Shown here piece after piece: positions 1 through 12,821 of a DNA stretch of 64,000 bases; the stretch's first letter is position 1, and every line of letters starts with the position of its first letter. The notes under the pieces are model-generated. The model did not search any database. It saw only the letters and a list, made by a program, of their open reading frames with translations, and was not told the DNA's origin. Origin of the DNA: Callorhinchus milii (lineage: Eukaryota). Position numbers and translations under genes: made by a program. The stretch covers positions 87,856,001-87,920,000 of the forward strand of contig NW_024704743.1 in assembly GCF_018977255.1 (NCBI RefSeq). The letters run 5' to 3'.

Positions 1-859
1 ATATTATTAGTTAGACTCTGAAAGAGAAGACTTTCAGTTATCAGACTGGGCTGGATACAAGCACGGGTTCTGAAGTAAAAGGACAGTGTTCTGTCTGTGC
101 TACTGTATCACCCAGAGTCCTTTTATTCCCATTCTATATAATTCCACTGCACAATTCAGAATTACCCCTCATTCCAAAGTGATTATGCTTCAACAATTTT
201 GATTTTGGCATCCTTATATTACAGTTCTACTGTGCCACAGTTTGCATTACCCTAGAATGATAGAGAAACATGAAAATAATGACTATAAATCTTAACATAA
301 ATATTTAAAATTGGCTTGATTCCCACCCGAGCTGTTAGCTCTTTCTATCTGAAAGCTAGTAAAATACATTAACATATTAATATAATCAGATTTATGAATT
401 AAACAACAAATTGTATTTATTGATGCATTTTAGAAATCCACCTCTTCTTTGCAATTGCAGATGACTTATTCATTACACAATATCAAACTTGTTCCAGTCA
501 ATATCGCAGGTTATGCGTGTTTTTATGGAGGTGACAAGTCTGTAGAGAACTCTCCTGATATTCTTTTTGTGACTATTCCCTTGCAGGATACAAGATTATT
601 TCATTGTGTCTCAATTACTCAATATATTTTACATGTTGTTTCTGTTCTTTCTTTTGGATTTGTTCCCTTTAGAAATGTTCTGTTATTCAATAATAACATT
701 TTGTCTGTGTTCAGATGTTATTACATAACTGACCCAAAGAATTGTTATTATTCACAGTAAAAAATAAATGTATTGCTTTTTAAAAGAAATCAGAGCAAAG
801 TGCATAATTTAAAATTTGAGACCAAAATTGCAAAATCCTCCATAAAGGTCATATTTAAC

Positions 860-1235
860 AGGGCATGAGAGCAGTGTGAGCGTTCAAGGTCCATGTAGGG
901 ATTTTGATTTCATAGTCTTGCACTTGGGGGTGCACCGTGGTGCTTAGGGATTCATCACACTGTGAAACGTGCTGTCCTTCGAATGTGCCTGTTGTGATGG
1001 ATGTTAAAGATCCCATGGTATTAGTTGAAAAGAGAAGGGATTTTCTCTGTGTCTTTGCTAAGAATCCCCCAGTTAAATTGGTCATTCACTCATTCCTGTT
1101 AATGCAAAAGTGGCTGCTGCATTCACCTACAAATACAGTCATTACGCTCTACAGTAATTCCTTTGAAATGGTTTGAGACATGTTCCTGATCTGAAATGTG
1201 CTTTATCAAAAGCAATGATGATTATCATCATTATT
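860..1235 (+). mobile_element. Degenerate Deu-domain SINE copy
   Basis: GGATGTTAAAGATCCCATGG core at about 1000, followed by the family tail. Confidence 0.6.
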
Positions 1236-2252
1236 GATGCATTACTTGTAAGAGTATTAATATGGACAAATGTGTAATTTAGAATAAATTCAATGAAAAT
1301 ATTTACAAAATGGTACAAGTTTGCACCTCCGATTTATCAACAAATTATGATTAATATCCAATGTTCCCCTTAGCGCTCAGTGAGTTGTTGTAGTGGTCAC
1401 TCAAAACTCACATAACTAAATCTAAGGCAGCAGCATAGGTCAAAACAGCACTCACAATTTTGAAAGTCTCCCTGGCAGTACTTTTGTACAACTGATAAGC
1501 TGCAACAACAGCGCATTGCATTTATATAGTTCCTATCACGTTGGAAGGACGTTCCACAGCACAGGACAGTCAAGGGTTTGCACCCAAGTTGGGAGTTGGG
1601 TTCAGAAGGGTTTGGAAGCTATGCAACTTTGTTGGTTTCAATTCCAGCAGTACCAAGTGTACTTTGGGGTCCCCAATGTCTGAATTCCTGCCATTGTGCA
1701 GCTGTGTTCTCCTGGCATAGGCGAGTCTCCACTGTGGGAGAGGCCGACAAAAGATTCCCCATGTTGGTACTGCCAAACAGAGACTCTGCTTCACATGCAC
1801 ATACATAAATTTCCTCCGTGTTTTTCTAATTTGAAAACATAGACTTTTAACACAGGCAATGGTTTTACAATTTTTTACAATTATATGCGTTTCAGTGAAT
1901 TCTAGTGCCTGGCGAATAGTAATAATAATTGTTGCATTTGATATAGCGCCTTATCACATCTTCTGGACAGCACTTCACAGAATATACTGTCGAGTGAATT
2001 GACTGTATATGTTGTGGCTGCAATGACTGAATGTCTGCACATCGCTCTCCTTCCACCGTGAACACCAGGCCTTCCTCTGTGGGCTCTCTGGCGATAGCCA
2101 GGCCTCGCTCGGTTACAATCGCTGGTATGTCAGGCTGTCACTGCACATGTCCCGGGCTGTGTGAGTGAGTGTAGTGTGTGTGTAAGATCCCGGCGGTGGG
2201 GGGAGGGGCGGGGGGTGAGCTTTGCTCGTCCTGGTTTAGCCCGTGTGCGGGA

Positions 2253-2465
2253 GGGCGGAGCCTCAGCCACTGACTGACTGACAGGGCAGAGGGCGGGGCC
2301 TCAGCCACTGACTGACTGACTGACAGGGCAGAGGGTGGGGCCTCAGCCACTGACTGACTGACTGACAGGGCAGAGGGCGGGGCCTCAGCCACTGACTGAC
2401 TGACTGACAGGGCAGAGGGCGGGGCCTCAGCCACTGACTGACTGACTGACTGACAGGGCGGGACC
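2253..2465. repeat. Minisatellite, about 5 copies of a 38-46 bp unit GGGCGGGGCCTCAGCC(ACTG)nACAGGGCAGA
   Basis: Units start at 2253, 2291, 2333, 2375 and 2417; the internal ACTG count varies. Confidence 0.95.
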
Positions 2466-2479
2466 GGGGCGCGAACCGG

Positions 2480-2546
2480 AAGCGGTAGAGAGAACAGCGC
2501 GAGGCGGCCCCGGGATCCGGGCAACGTTCTGACACCCAGAGAGCAA
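2480..2546 (+). other. TRIQK: Probable non-coding first exon (5' UTR) of TRIQK; start site approximate
   Basis: CpG-rich segment after GC boxes and an ETS motif, ending at the consensus donor CAA|GTGAGT (GT at 2547). It is the only promoter-like region upstream of the coding exons. Confidence 0.7.
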
Positions 2547-2567
2547 GTGAGTTACAGAGAGAGAGAC

Positions 2568-3085
2568 AGTCACTACATTACACTGTGTGTGTGTCACTGC
2601 ATTACACTGTGTGTCACTGCATTACACTGTGTGTGTGTCACTGCATTACACTGTGTGTGTGTCACTGCACTACACTGTGTGTGTCACTGCATTACACTGT
2701 GTGTGTCACTGCATTACACTGTGTGTGTGTCACTGCATTACACTGTGTGTGTGTCACTGATTACACTGTGTGTGTCACTGCATTACACTGTGTGTGTCAC
2801 TGCATTACACTGTGTGTGTCACTGCATTACACTGTGTGTGTGTCACTGATTACACTGTGTGTGTGTGTCACTGCATTACACTGTGGGTGTGTCACTGCAT
2901 TACACTGTGTCACTGCATTACACTGTGTGTCATTGCATTATGCTGTGTGTCACTACATTACACTGTGTCACTGCATTACACTGTGTGTCATTGCATTACA
3001 CTGTGTCACTGCATTACACTGTGTCACTGCATTACACTGTCACTGCATTACACTGTGTGTCATTGCATTACACTGTGTGTGTCAT
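2568..3085. repeat. Tandem repeat GTCACTGCATTACACT(GT)n, about 23 units
   Basis: Directly visible. It explains the spurious Cys/His-rich ORFs in all three + frames. Confidence 0.95.
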
Positions 3086-4829
3086 CGATAGTGTGTGACT
3101 GACTGACTGTTCATCAATAGTGTGTGAGTGACTCACTGTACGAGTGAGTGTATGTGACTGACTACACATAAATATAGGGAGTCAGTAGTGTGGGTGTTGA
3201 CTGCTGCGACTGATTGCAAACAAATACAGCGAACTGGTAGTGTATGTGTCTATGAGTGAGATTGTTACTTATTCACTGAATACAAATACAATTCTGCACA
3301 CACTCGTGTATAATGTCATTTATAATAAGAATCGTTGCATTTGAATTACCGCCTTATTACGTTTTCGAGACGCCTTAAACCACTTCGCAGAATATACTGT
3401 AAAGTGAATTGACTGTATATTTTATTTTTCTTCCCCCTTTTCCTAACTGATATATGAAATGCAATTCCTCTTACCAAAGGTCATGCTTTGGCCATGGATT
3501 TATTTCTGTTCATTGGTTGTCAGTTAGGAATTAATATATTGGGGGGAGGGGAAAGGAGAATCAGACTCCTCGCCCAGTCAGTAATCATTGGAGCAGCAAA
3601 GCTCTGTCTTTGGCATGTTTGCACATTGTTTGCACATGTTAGTGTTTGATTGGATGTTTCTGGTGTCAGTTTGGGCTTGGCTGACATGGAAGCTACATTG
3701 GCAATTTTTTTTCTGTATCTCATTTTATTGAGTCAAATTCCCGACTTGTTCACATTGCTGTTGTGATGTGGCAGTATACATTGCACCACTAAACAGTAGG
3801 CATATGTGTGGCAGTATACATAGCACCAGGAAACGTTAGGCATATTGGGTAATGGTGAGGATCATGTAATAAACCTTTGACCAGTTAAATGTGCCTGAAC
3901 TCCTGTTTACATTGAAGGTTGTGCAACATTTAAAGGGACATTGTTTCCGCTACAGGCAATTTACTTGCTATGAATTGCGAATGTTTAAGAATGGAACACA
4001 AAGGCATTATTGCACTTAAAACATGTCCTTCGGTCACTTTGTCATAGTATAAATAATACTTCCTGGTTCTTTCCTGCCCTACAACAATAACAATAGACTG
4101 AAAAGAATAAATCATCTGCCTGAGTGTATTATATTGATTTTGAACTAGTGCAACCTCTGTATAAATAGGCAATAAAAATACCCCACATTGCATTACTGCA
4201 GAGTAATCTATGCACATTCCTCAGTGCCTTCTAACATACAGGTATTTCAAGTTTGGGTCTTTCATGTTATTGATTTTTTGGAAGGCGTCAGATTCTGAGC
4301 TTTGAACTACAGTGATTTGAATTTCTTTGAATCAAAGAAATAATACAGCACAGAAGGACGCCATTCAATCTATTGTGCAAGTACAGGGCTACCTTATTGT
4401 TCTATAACCAAATTCAAAGATTATTGGCTGTATAATTTAGAGGTAGAAATAATATTGAAACTTTAGCAATAAAATCACAAACTGCATTGTGGCAGTATTT
4501 TATTCCTAAACACCTCTTATCCTAAACTCTAGGGGTACATTGAGTGTATGGTATGTATTTCAGAAATTGGAAAGATTCAAACATGATCATTATTGTAAGG
4601 GTTAACAATAATGTGATATTGCAAGACATCTTGTATTGGTTAAATCAGCCTAATGCATTTTAGTTTCTGTTCCTCAGATGAGTAAATTACTTTTTCATTT
4701 TTACAATTTTCAAAAGTTTCAACTTTATGAGACGAGTTTTAGCCCAAATTATTCACTTTAAACAGAGCGATTGTGTGAACCAATTTTTCACTTTTATTTA
4801 AAGGGGAAAAAGTCCCCTTGTTATTGTCT

Positions 4830-5360
4830 AAATAATAAGAATAATAACCTTGTATTTGATATTGTGCCTTTTACGTCAGGAGAATGTCTTAAAGTGTTTC
4901 ACAGAATTTTACTGTTAAGTTTAGTGACTGTAGGTGAACACAGTATCCAATTTTTACACAGCAGTGGCCGACACATAGCCATAAAGTGAATGAATGGTTT
5001 TATTTGGGGGTTTCTTGGCCAGAAACTCCCTTTTCTTTCCAAATACTGCTATGCGATCTTTAATGTCCATCTGGACAGGCAGACAGGACATCAGTTTAAC
5101 GTCTCATTCAAAGGGCAGCACCTCCAACAATGTGCTCCCCTACCACCTCCAGTTCTGACGAAGAGTCGGGGACCCGAAACGTTGACTCACTTTCCTTTCT
5201 CCATAGATGCTGCCTGACCTGACCATTCCCAGCAACTTCTGTTTTTGTTACCTGAATTACAGTGTCAGTCTAGACTGTGAGTTCAAAGTTGTGATGTGAG
5301 GTTTGAACCCATAACCTGTGACTGGAAGGCAAGTGTCTTACAAACTGAGCTCGGCTAACA
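4830..5360 (-). mobile_element. Deu-domain SINE interrupted by a hammerhead-bearing repeat fragment (about 5141-5253)
   Basis: Minus-strand tail, core and head flank an unrelated + strand insert. Confidence 0.7.
5151..5187 (+). ncRNA. Minimal type I hammerhead ribozyme motif
   Basis: AGUU-CUGACGA-A-GAGUC(GGG)GACCC-GAAAC-GUU-GACU: both core boxes, stem II, palindromic stem III and a short stem I. Confidence 0.6.
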
Positions 5361-6479
5361 CCTTGTCTGCTGTATTATCTACTACTTTGACATAAGCATT
5401 CCACTTGGGAATTAAATGTTTCTTCTGATGGAAAATACAACAGCTAATTAGATGAAGACATAAATAACCACAGTTATTGATTGCAGTGATGAAAATGAGT
5501 CCCTTGACCTTGTAACAGTGCAGTCAGAGATTACAACTACAAATGTTTGTGCAAAATGTCAAAATCTGGGTAGAGAGTCGAGTATACAGACAGGTTGCTG
5601 AATCCTTTATCCTCTTTGTTCACCCATAAAACAGTCACTGCACTTTACAGTATATCTTGCAAACATATTTTGCACTGCTAACTTGTAATGGACCTTTTCC
5701 AGAAGGAGGGGAGGGTGTATGGCCAAAAAAAACACACAGCATGTAGCCATATGTTCCCATGTTGCTCCTGGTGCTCTCCAGGGTAAATGGAGGAAGATCC
5801 CAAGCAGCAGCTTCAGAATTAGGACTATTGAACCAATTGATCAACAACAACAACAAATTACATTTGTATAGCACCTTTCACATTGGAAGGACATCCTAAG
5901 GCACGGGATAGTTAAGTGTTTGCACCAAAGCTGGGGGTTGGAATGAAGCAGGTTTGGAGTGGGAGTGTGGTTGAAGCATGGTCAAATAGGATGGTCTTGA
6001 ATAAAATTCTGCAGTATACTTCAATGTCAACAGGGAATTAGCTGCGGATACCATAGCTGGAAATACTGCATTGTTTGCAGACAATATAGAACTCTTAAAC
6101 CCAAAGCCAGAATGGATGTATCACGAGGGATCCATTACAAATTAACTACAGTGCCCATAGCTAAGTGAAACCTGTCAGGTTGTTCAATGGCATTAGATCG
6201 AGTTGCAAATCGGAGCATAGCTAAGCAGCAAAACTTCAAAATATTGATTAATAGCAGAAGAAAGTTCTACAACTCTCCCTTGCAGTAGCTGCAGTGCAGT
6301 TTATCTTCCCTTCAAAACCTATGTGGGGAACTAAAGCCTTTGAGTGATCATTTGAGAAATAAAATCTGTCCAATCTTGACATTTCCCAAACCACAGCAAT
6401 TTAACCACAACATTTTTAAAAACAAATATATGTGAACATTTAATTTGCCTGAAGTATTCTGAAAATTGAATCATGCTGT

Positions 6480-8430
6480 ACATGCAGATTTGTGCCATCA
6501 GACGTACCTGGATGAAGCACAATGAAAATTCCGGCCTTAAGATTTATCTGTGTATGTGCTGATACTTTATTACTACAACAGCGACTCCACTTGACCAGCA
6601 TTGGGTCCTCACAACCCATCACGCGCAATGCCCCAGGCGCTCTGAGGTTCAAGGCCTGAATCAGCCCCGAACTTTCACACTCAGTGAAGTCTGACGCCCA
6701 CGAGGCGGCCTCCAGGTGCGGTCTGGTCTTGAGCTGTGGCACGTGTGTGTCTGTACGGCACGCCTGAGAGCCCAGTGTGTCGTTGACGTGTCTGAAGACC
6801 ACGTGAGGCCTCCACACTACGTCACAGCGCACATCAGGTAAGTCGTTCCGAGCCGACGCGGCGTCACTCGTCACAGGGTTGACGCAGCATCTTCCAAGAA
6901 TCCAGCGCTGGTGCCGCACGGCCGTCACGTGTCTCTTCAGCAGTGGCCATGACTCTGAGCCATCCACAAGCTCTTGACACCACGCAGGCCCTGTAATGTG
7001 CAGCTCTGTAGCCAGGGACAGGCATTGCTGCCTCCAGACCCACTCCAGCTGGTTCATCACCGAGCTCCCCATGTCCATACTCCGCAGTAACCCAAGGAGT
7101 TCGACGTCACATCCTTAGGTACTTGAACCTCTGCACCGATTTGACCAGTCTCCCCAGAGAATGTTCTGGAAACAGGCCTGGCCAACAGCGACCTTCTGGA
7201 ACTTGGTCTTAATCCACGGTGGGCTGAAGCCCCGTGGAGACAGCTGCTTCCTTCACCGCTTCAGGATGGCTGGCCACTTCACCGGGTTTGTCAGTGAGAA
7301 GAGCAGCGTCTTCAGGCATTGACCGGGTTTTAAACACCCTGTGGCCATGGAGGTTGCCGAGCTGGTTCGAGGACCTGTTTGTAACCCAGTTGATCGCCCT
7401 GCATAGCAGCGATGGTGAGAGAACACAACCTGTCGGACTCCAGACATGATAGGGAGGGACATACCGCTCCCACCCTCACACGGGCCATATTGTCGGTGCA
7501 GGTCTCCAATGAAGCGGAACAGAACATTAGGGTCACCGACACCCTCCAAGGTCTTCTCTCATATCTCACGGTTGAGCCACTCAAATACCACCTTGATGTC
7601 AATGTATGAGATATTTAACAGGCCTTGGGACTCGTAGTGAAGCCAGGCCACTGAGGGCTTCAGCTACAGCGGTACAGACAGTACAGCAGTGGAGTTATCA
7701 GGCGATAGTTGCCACACGCTATGTGTGGGCCCTGCTCCTTATCGAGACACAATGATGACCTTATCTTTCCACTTGACTGGGACGTGGTCGGTCCAGCACA
7801 CCATTAAAAGAGGAACGTGTAAAACTTTGCATTTCAGACCCTCCGCGCACTTAATAATAATAATAATAATAATAATCCTTGCATTTGATATAGCGCTTTT
7901 CACGTCGGGAAGACGTCCCAAAGCGCTTCACAGAATATACTGTAAAGTGAATTGACTGTATACTTGTGGGCGAACGCGGCAGCCAATTGCGCACAGCAAT
8001 GTCCCACAAACAGTCGTAGATTGAAAATGACCAATTTATTATTGTTTTTTGTTTTGGAGGGATTATTATTAGGCGAGTGGAGTAAGGAAACTTGCCCAAG
8101 GTTTCGCCCTGACCTGCCTTCAACAACTCAGGGCGATGCCATCCAGTCCAGCTGCACGCACACCCGTTACATAGACTCCTCGAAGCACGTCTCTCTCTCT
8201 CTTCCTCAACAGACAGTGGATCCACACTGATGTCGAGGTTGCCGCTTGCCATGACAGCCTCTAGCTGTGGGCAACGAGCTGCTGGGGGAAACCTGAGTGT
8301 GGACTCATAGTTCTCCTCACAGCTGTCGAGGATCTCGTTTCCATCACGGATGGCACGCCGAGCCATCTGCCTTGATGATAGGAACACCTATCCCACGCTG
8401 TGTGCAGACATGCCCCGGACAGCTGAGGCT
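6480..8430 (-). mobile_element. Decayed RTE-clade LINE (reverse transcriptase region), interrupted by a SINE at 7853-8111
   Basis: Minus-strand peptide pieces occur in RT order across frameshifts: PELLKAG; VPVKWKDKVII...ACGNYRLI; YIDIKVVFEWLNREI...GVGDPNVLFRFIGDLH; SGVRQ; DAALL; VQRFKYL; VWRQQCLSLAT...DGSESW. Confidence 0.8.
7853..8111 (-). mobile_element. Young 5'-truncated tRNA-derived SINE with (ATT)n tail
   Basis: Near-identical reverse complement of about 33835-34084. Confidence 0.9.
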
Positions 8431-9499
8431 TTAGGTTAACATTATTTGAAAAGTGAGAGTAACAGTGTTCACCTGATGAAAGGTGTATTTGCTATTTGAT
8501 AGAACATTATTTAAATGCCTTTTTTAAAAAGAATGTCTTGACACACACCACACACACAGTGATAAAACAACATACGAATGCTGATTGTGCCCCCAAAACA
8601 GAATTACTGACACTCCTGTTCCAGTGCGAGCTAATATGTCAACGCCTGCTCCAAATAATACAGCACTCAGCAAGATTAACAGTGTCAATCCCTAACTATC
8701 TTGTAGGTTTCCCGGGTTTTATATTATTTCAGTGTCAGGTTAATGATTTCATTGTTGGGCTTCAACTAGTGCAACAAGTATTGAAAACTGAACAGTGCAG
8801 ACTATTCAATTGTGACCACATTATGATCAATTTCTTTTTTGAGATTACCTTGAGGGACATATCAATATTATTAACCACGTTTCATGGCTATAATTCTTAA
8901 ATATTGTCTCAATGGATACAGAGTTGACTGAGGCTGTTGTAATGCTGACGAGTGGTTACTCTGGTAACCTTGGGGACAATCTTTTAGCATGTGCAATGTA
9001 TCAAAACCAGAAAGTAGGATGATTTATTCTTAATGCATGTTGCCTTGACTTTTGCAGGCACTTGTCAGTACTTTAGCAAGGTTACTTTCTATTAGTCTAG
9101 TGAATGATACTCTTCACTGCTTCAGGAATCCTAGTGTGTACAGAAGGTCCACTTTGACAGCACTGAGAAATCGGTCATTTGTTTTGTTTAGTTGCTCTCG
9201 TATATCACGCCTAAACAGTGGAACTAGCAATGTCTCTAAGGTTTAATAAATGTATAGTACATGTCTGCTGGATTATCTTTGCTGTTCTGATTATATCGGC
9301 AGAAATATTTTTTCCAGTGTATTACTAATAGTTTGTTTTAGAGCAGTGGTTGGCCAAAAAAAAAATGCTTCTTGATTGAATCATTCTTGATTTACGGCAT
9401 AAATTTATGCTATTTTATTATTTCTATGATTACTTTGTTGGACAACGAAAAAAGGCTGTTTTAGATTAATATAACTGGTGAGAACAATTATTTGGTCTC

Positions 9500-9900
9500 A
9501 GCCTGATTCAGTTGGTAACACTTTCACCTCTGAGTCAGAGGTTTTCAGTCAAGGCTGAAAGCCTGGTGCAATCCTGGAGGAGCGCAGTATTATTGGAAGT
9601 GGTGCCTTTTGGGTGAGAGATTAAACGCACATCTCACCTGTCACATGTTCAGGTGGATGTCAACAATCTTACAGCACTATTCAAAAATTGTAGGGAGTTT
9701 CTCCCAGTGTCCTGGTCAACAATCCCACAAATAGAATTGGGCATTCACTTCATGCTCCATGTTGGATATTGCTGTGCAGAATTGGATGTCATGTTCGCTT
9801 CCAAAATACAGAGTCACAACACTTCACAGTGAACCTTGTGAAGTACTTTGAGACTTCCTCCCAATATTAAAGATGCATATTAATGTAAGGATTATTGTTA
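9500..9900 (+). mobile_element. Deu-domain SINE copy
   Basis: Colinear with 13875-14303. Confidence 0.7.
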
Positions 9901-10176
9901 GGTAGGTGGCACCAACCTTATTCTTCCAAAAGTTTTAATAGATTCAATTAGGTTTCTCCCTTCTGAAGCAACCTAATCTTTGCATTACTTTTTTTGCTTT
10001 GCAATATATCCTTAAGATATAACCTGGAGCCCACATTCCAGTGTTATTGGACAGCAAGTAAAGAACAGATTTTATTTCGATTAAAAACACCATTTGAAAT
10101 AAAGGGATTGCAGAGAAATTAACATATTTACAATCTTGGGCTATCTTGAAATAATTTACTTTGACTGTTGGAAAAG

Positions 10177-10249
10177 GGATACAGTAATATGCATTTATCT
10201 ATGCACATTAGTAATTAATGTGCATAGATAAATGCACATTACTATATCC
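10177..10249. repeat. Inverted repeat, 34-bp arms (2 mismatches), 5-nt loop
   Basis: 10190-10210 is the exact reverse complement of 10216-10236. Confidence 0.9.
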
Positions 10250-12821
10250 ATTTGTAATTATTAGTAATTAATAATGTGCATGTTATACAACTGTAAAATG
10301 CAGAGTATTTTATTAGTTTAGTTTTAAATTGTATCTATTTTGATTTGTATTATAAGAAATGTATTAATGTATTATAAATCTATATATTAAAATGTATTAC
10401 AATTAGTTTTTATTGAATTTTATTGCAATTGGTGTCCACAATTGGCTGCTATGTTTTGTCCACAAAACACACAGTCAATCCACTTGACAGTATATTTCTG
10501 TGAAGCACTTTGAGACGTCTCAACGATGTGATAACCACTATATCAAATGCAACGATTATTATTATTACTTGAATCAAGAGAAAATGTCAAAATACAGAAG
10601 TGGAAAAGAGTTTCTACATTAGTGCAATTAATCTTTTTGTACTCTGCCTTTCAGTTCTTTCAGTACTTTGATAAAAAGATGCTGAGTGTGACATGCTGGT
10701 CATTGTACATACTGGTCTGTTGTGAACAAGTGTTCTTAATACAATAAAACGTTTTAGTACGATAGTTTGAATGATTTCCCCGATTGAAAGAGTGCCTTAT
10801 TCTGTGACCACGGTTCACTTTGGTAAACAAATCCTTGCAGTGATTTGAAACTGCTGTTTAATGCTCTACAACACGTACTTCAGCTTTGAAAAGATATACA
10901 CAGTTCAGTAGTTCACAAAACAATCTGCAGACTTTGATGCAAGAGGTTTGAATTTAAATCCACCTGTCAGCTGAAATTGAGCATTATGTGGTAATAGAAG
11001 TGTTTGTCTTCAGCGGTAGTGGGGGGTAGGTTAGGATGGAGGAGAACTGACGAGCATGACCAGTTCTGCCCTGTAAAACACTTCTCCTGTTCACATAAAG
11101 AGAAGGATGGATGGTCTTTGCGGAATTCTGTATATTAGAGCATCCTTCCGTGACAACTAACAGGAAAGTATGTTGTGGGACTCAAAGGAACCAAAAGTGG
11201 GTCATTGGGAATGTTCAAATTACAACAATTGCGTGAATCAGCCGCGGTTTGTGGCTGACTAACCCTGTGTCGTCTTACAATAATTTGTTTTTTTTCATGT
11301 TTATGTGCACTTAAATTAACAGTGCTTTCCACTTCTCTCAATGAAACTTTAGTTACGAGTATTAATGTACCACACTTTGTGCACATTGGAACTGGACCAA
11401 ACTTGGCCATATTTTGAGTGATATATAATTTTTTTAGTGAATATCAATATCAATTCATCCAAAAGTTGTATGTTGTGAGCGCTCAGGTGGTTCAGTAGTT
11501 CAGGTGCATGAACTCTTACTGATGTGACCTAGGTTTAAATTTTAGCTCATCACATTTGGCAGAAGCTTGAATTGTCAGACTCCTAAAGGGTCATATGTGA
11601 AATTACCTTGGCAGATTCCAATCTGAGCCTCATTTTATTGCTGGCAGCCATTTCTCTCTGGCTGGGAACAGTCAATAAATTTCATACACAATAGCGATCG
11701 GCATTCCCTCCCTCATGCCACAGGCGGTTCAGCTTTTTGATAAGATTTCTTTTATTGTACTCTTCAAGTATTTCATTGGTTTTATATAAGAAACTTTATT
11801 CCAATATGTGCAGAAATATGAATTCATATTTTATAGAGATTTAACCCTATCATGGGTAGAAAACTGTATACATTGGTTTCTTGTGATATCTTTACTTTCT
11901 ATTGAGCGTTATAATAAAATAATAATCATCCCTGCATTTGATATAGCATCGCAAAGCATTTCACAGGATCTATTTGCGGATGAGTGTGGCAACCAATGTC
12001 CTACAACCGTTTATGAAATGAATAACCTATTTTATCTGGGAGAATTGTTGGCCAGGATATCGGGAGAAACTCCCTTCTCTTTTCGAATAGTATCTTTCGA
12101 ATAGAATCTTCAATGCACGACATGTTATAATTCCAGTTGGACTATTACATGCATAATAATGGAGGTGTCCATCCTAAGTGTGTTCAGTTCTCTCTTAAAC
12201 TCTGCCTGGCACAGTGACAAACATAATAAGTTCCCTATTGCCTCCATCTGTGTGCCTGATCTAAGGATAGGATATATGGGGAGGCGGAAGAGCTAATTTG
12301 AAAATGTAATGGAACAACCACGATTCACTTTTGAATAAATGCAATTTTTAAGAAAAACGTCAAAAAGCGTCAGCAGGCGTAAAATTACCTTAAAATGTAC
12401 ATCTTTTAAAATGTATTTTGTTCCTCTAAGAAAATAAAATTTGAGCAATTTTCTTTTCCAAAATTGTTACTGAATATCTCAAATTGACATGTTTTGTAAA
12501 TAGAACACACGGTTGATCTGGCACAAAGGCATATGGTTTTGAAAAAGTGGAAACTCTAAAAGTAGTACTGGTACAAACAGTGCGCAGTGCTTCTGTAAAA
12601 TCTAAATTTATGCACTCCCATTTTGTTTGTGTTTTAGTGGACTCCAGGGCAATGTGAAGGGGACTTGGGTCGCTCTGTGAAGTGTGTTTTGCTGTCTGGC
12701 CTCGAGCCAGGTCATCTTCCAAATTGCTGTATCAATGCAGCTGTTTCACATCTTCGGGAGTATGGTTCTTCCCATGCTTTTGCAGGACTTTTAAAGCAGT
12801 ATTATAATATGGAAACGACTG

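Larger units (their letters stand above)
2040..2546 (+). promoter_or_regulatory. CpG-island-like TATA-less promoter with repeated GC boxes and ETS/GABP motif ACCGGAAG (2475-2482)
   Basis: Local CpG and GC enrichment, several GGGCGGGG motifs, and CCGGAAG just before the putative start site. Confidence 0.7.

Noticed and set aside
2138..2535. Minus-strand ORFs with repeated VSQSVAEAPPSAL
   Set aside because: Translation of the promoter minisatellite.
2568..3085. CRISPR-like array
   Set aside because: No unique spacers and no cas genes, in a vertebrate context.
2547..3102. Cys/His-rich ORFs resembling metallothionein or zinc-binding proteins
   Set aside because: Translations of a simple tandem repeat, open in all three frames.
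6440..7078. 212-aa ORF as a host gene or viral insert
   Set aside because: It is part of a frameshifted RTE reverse transcriptase.
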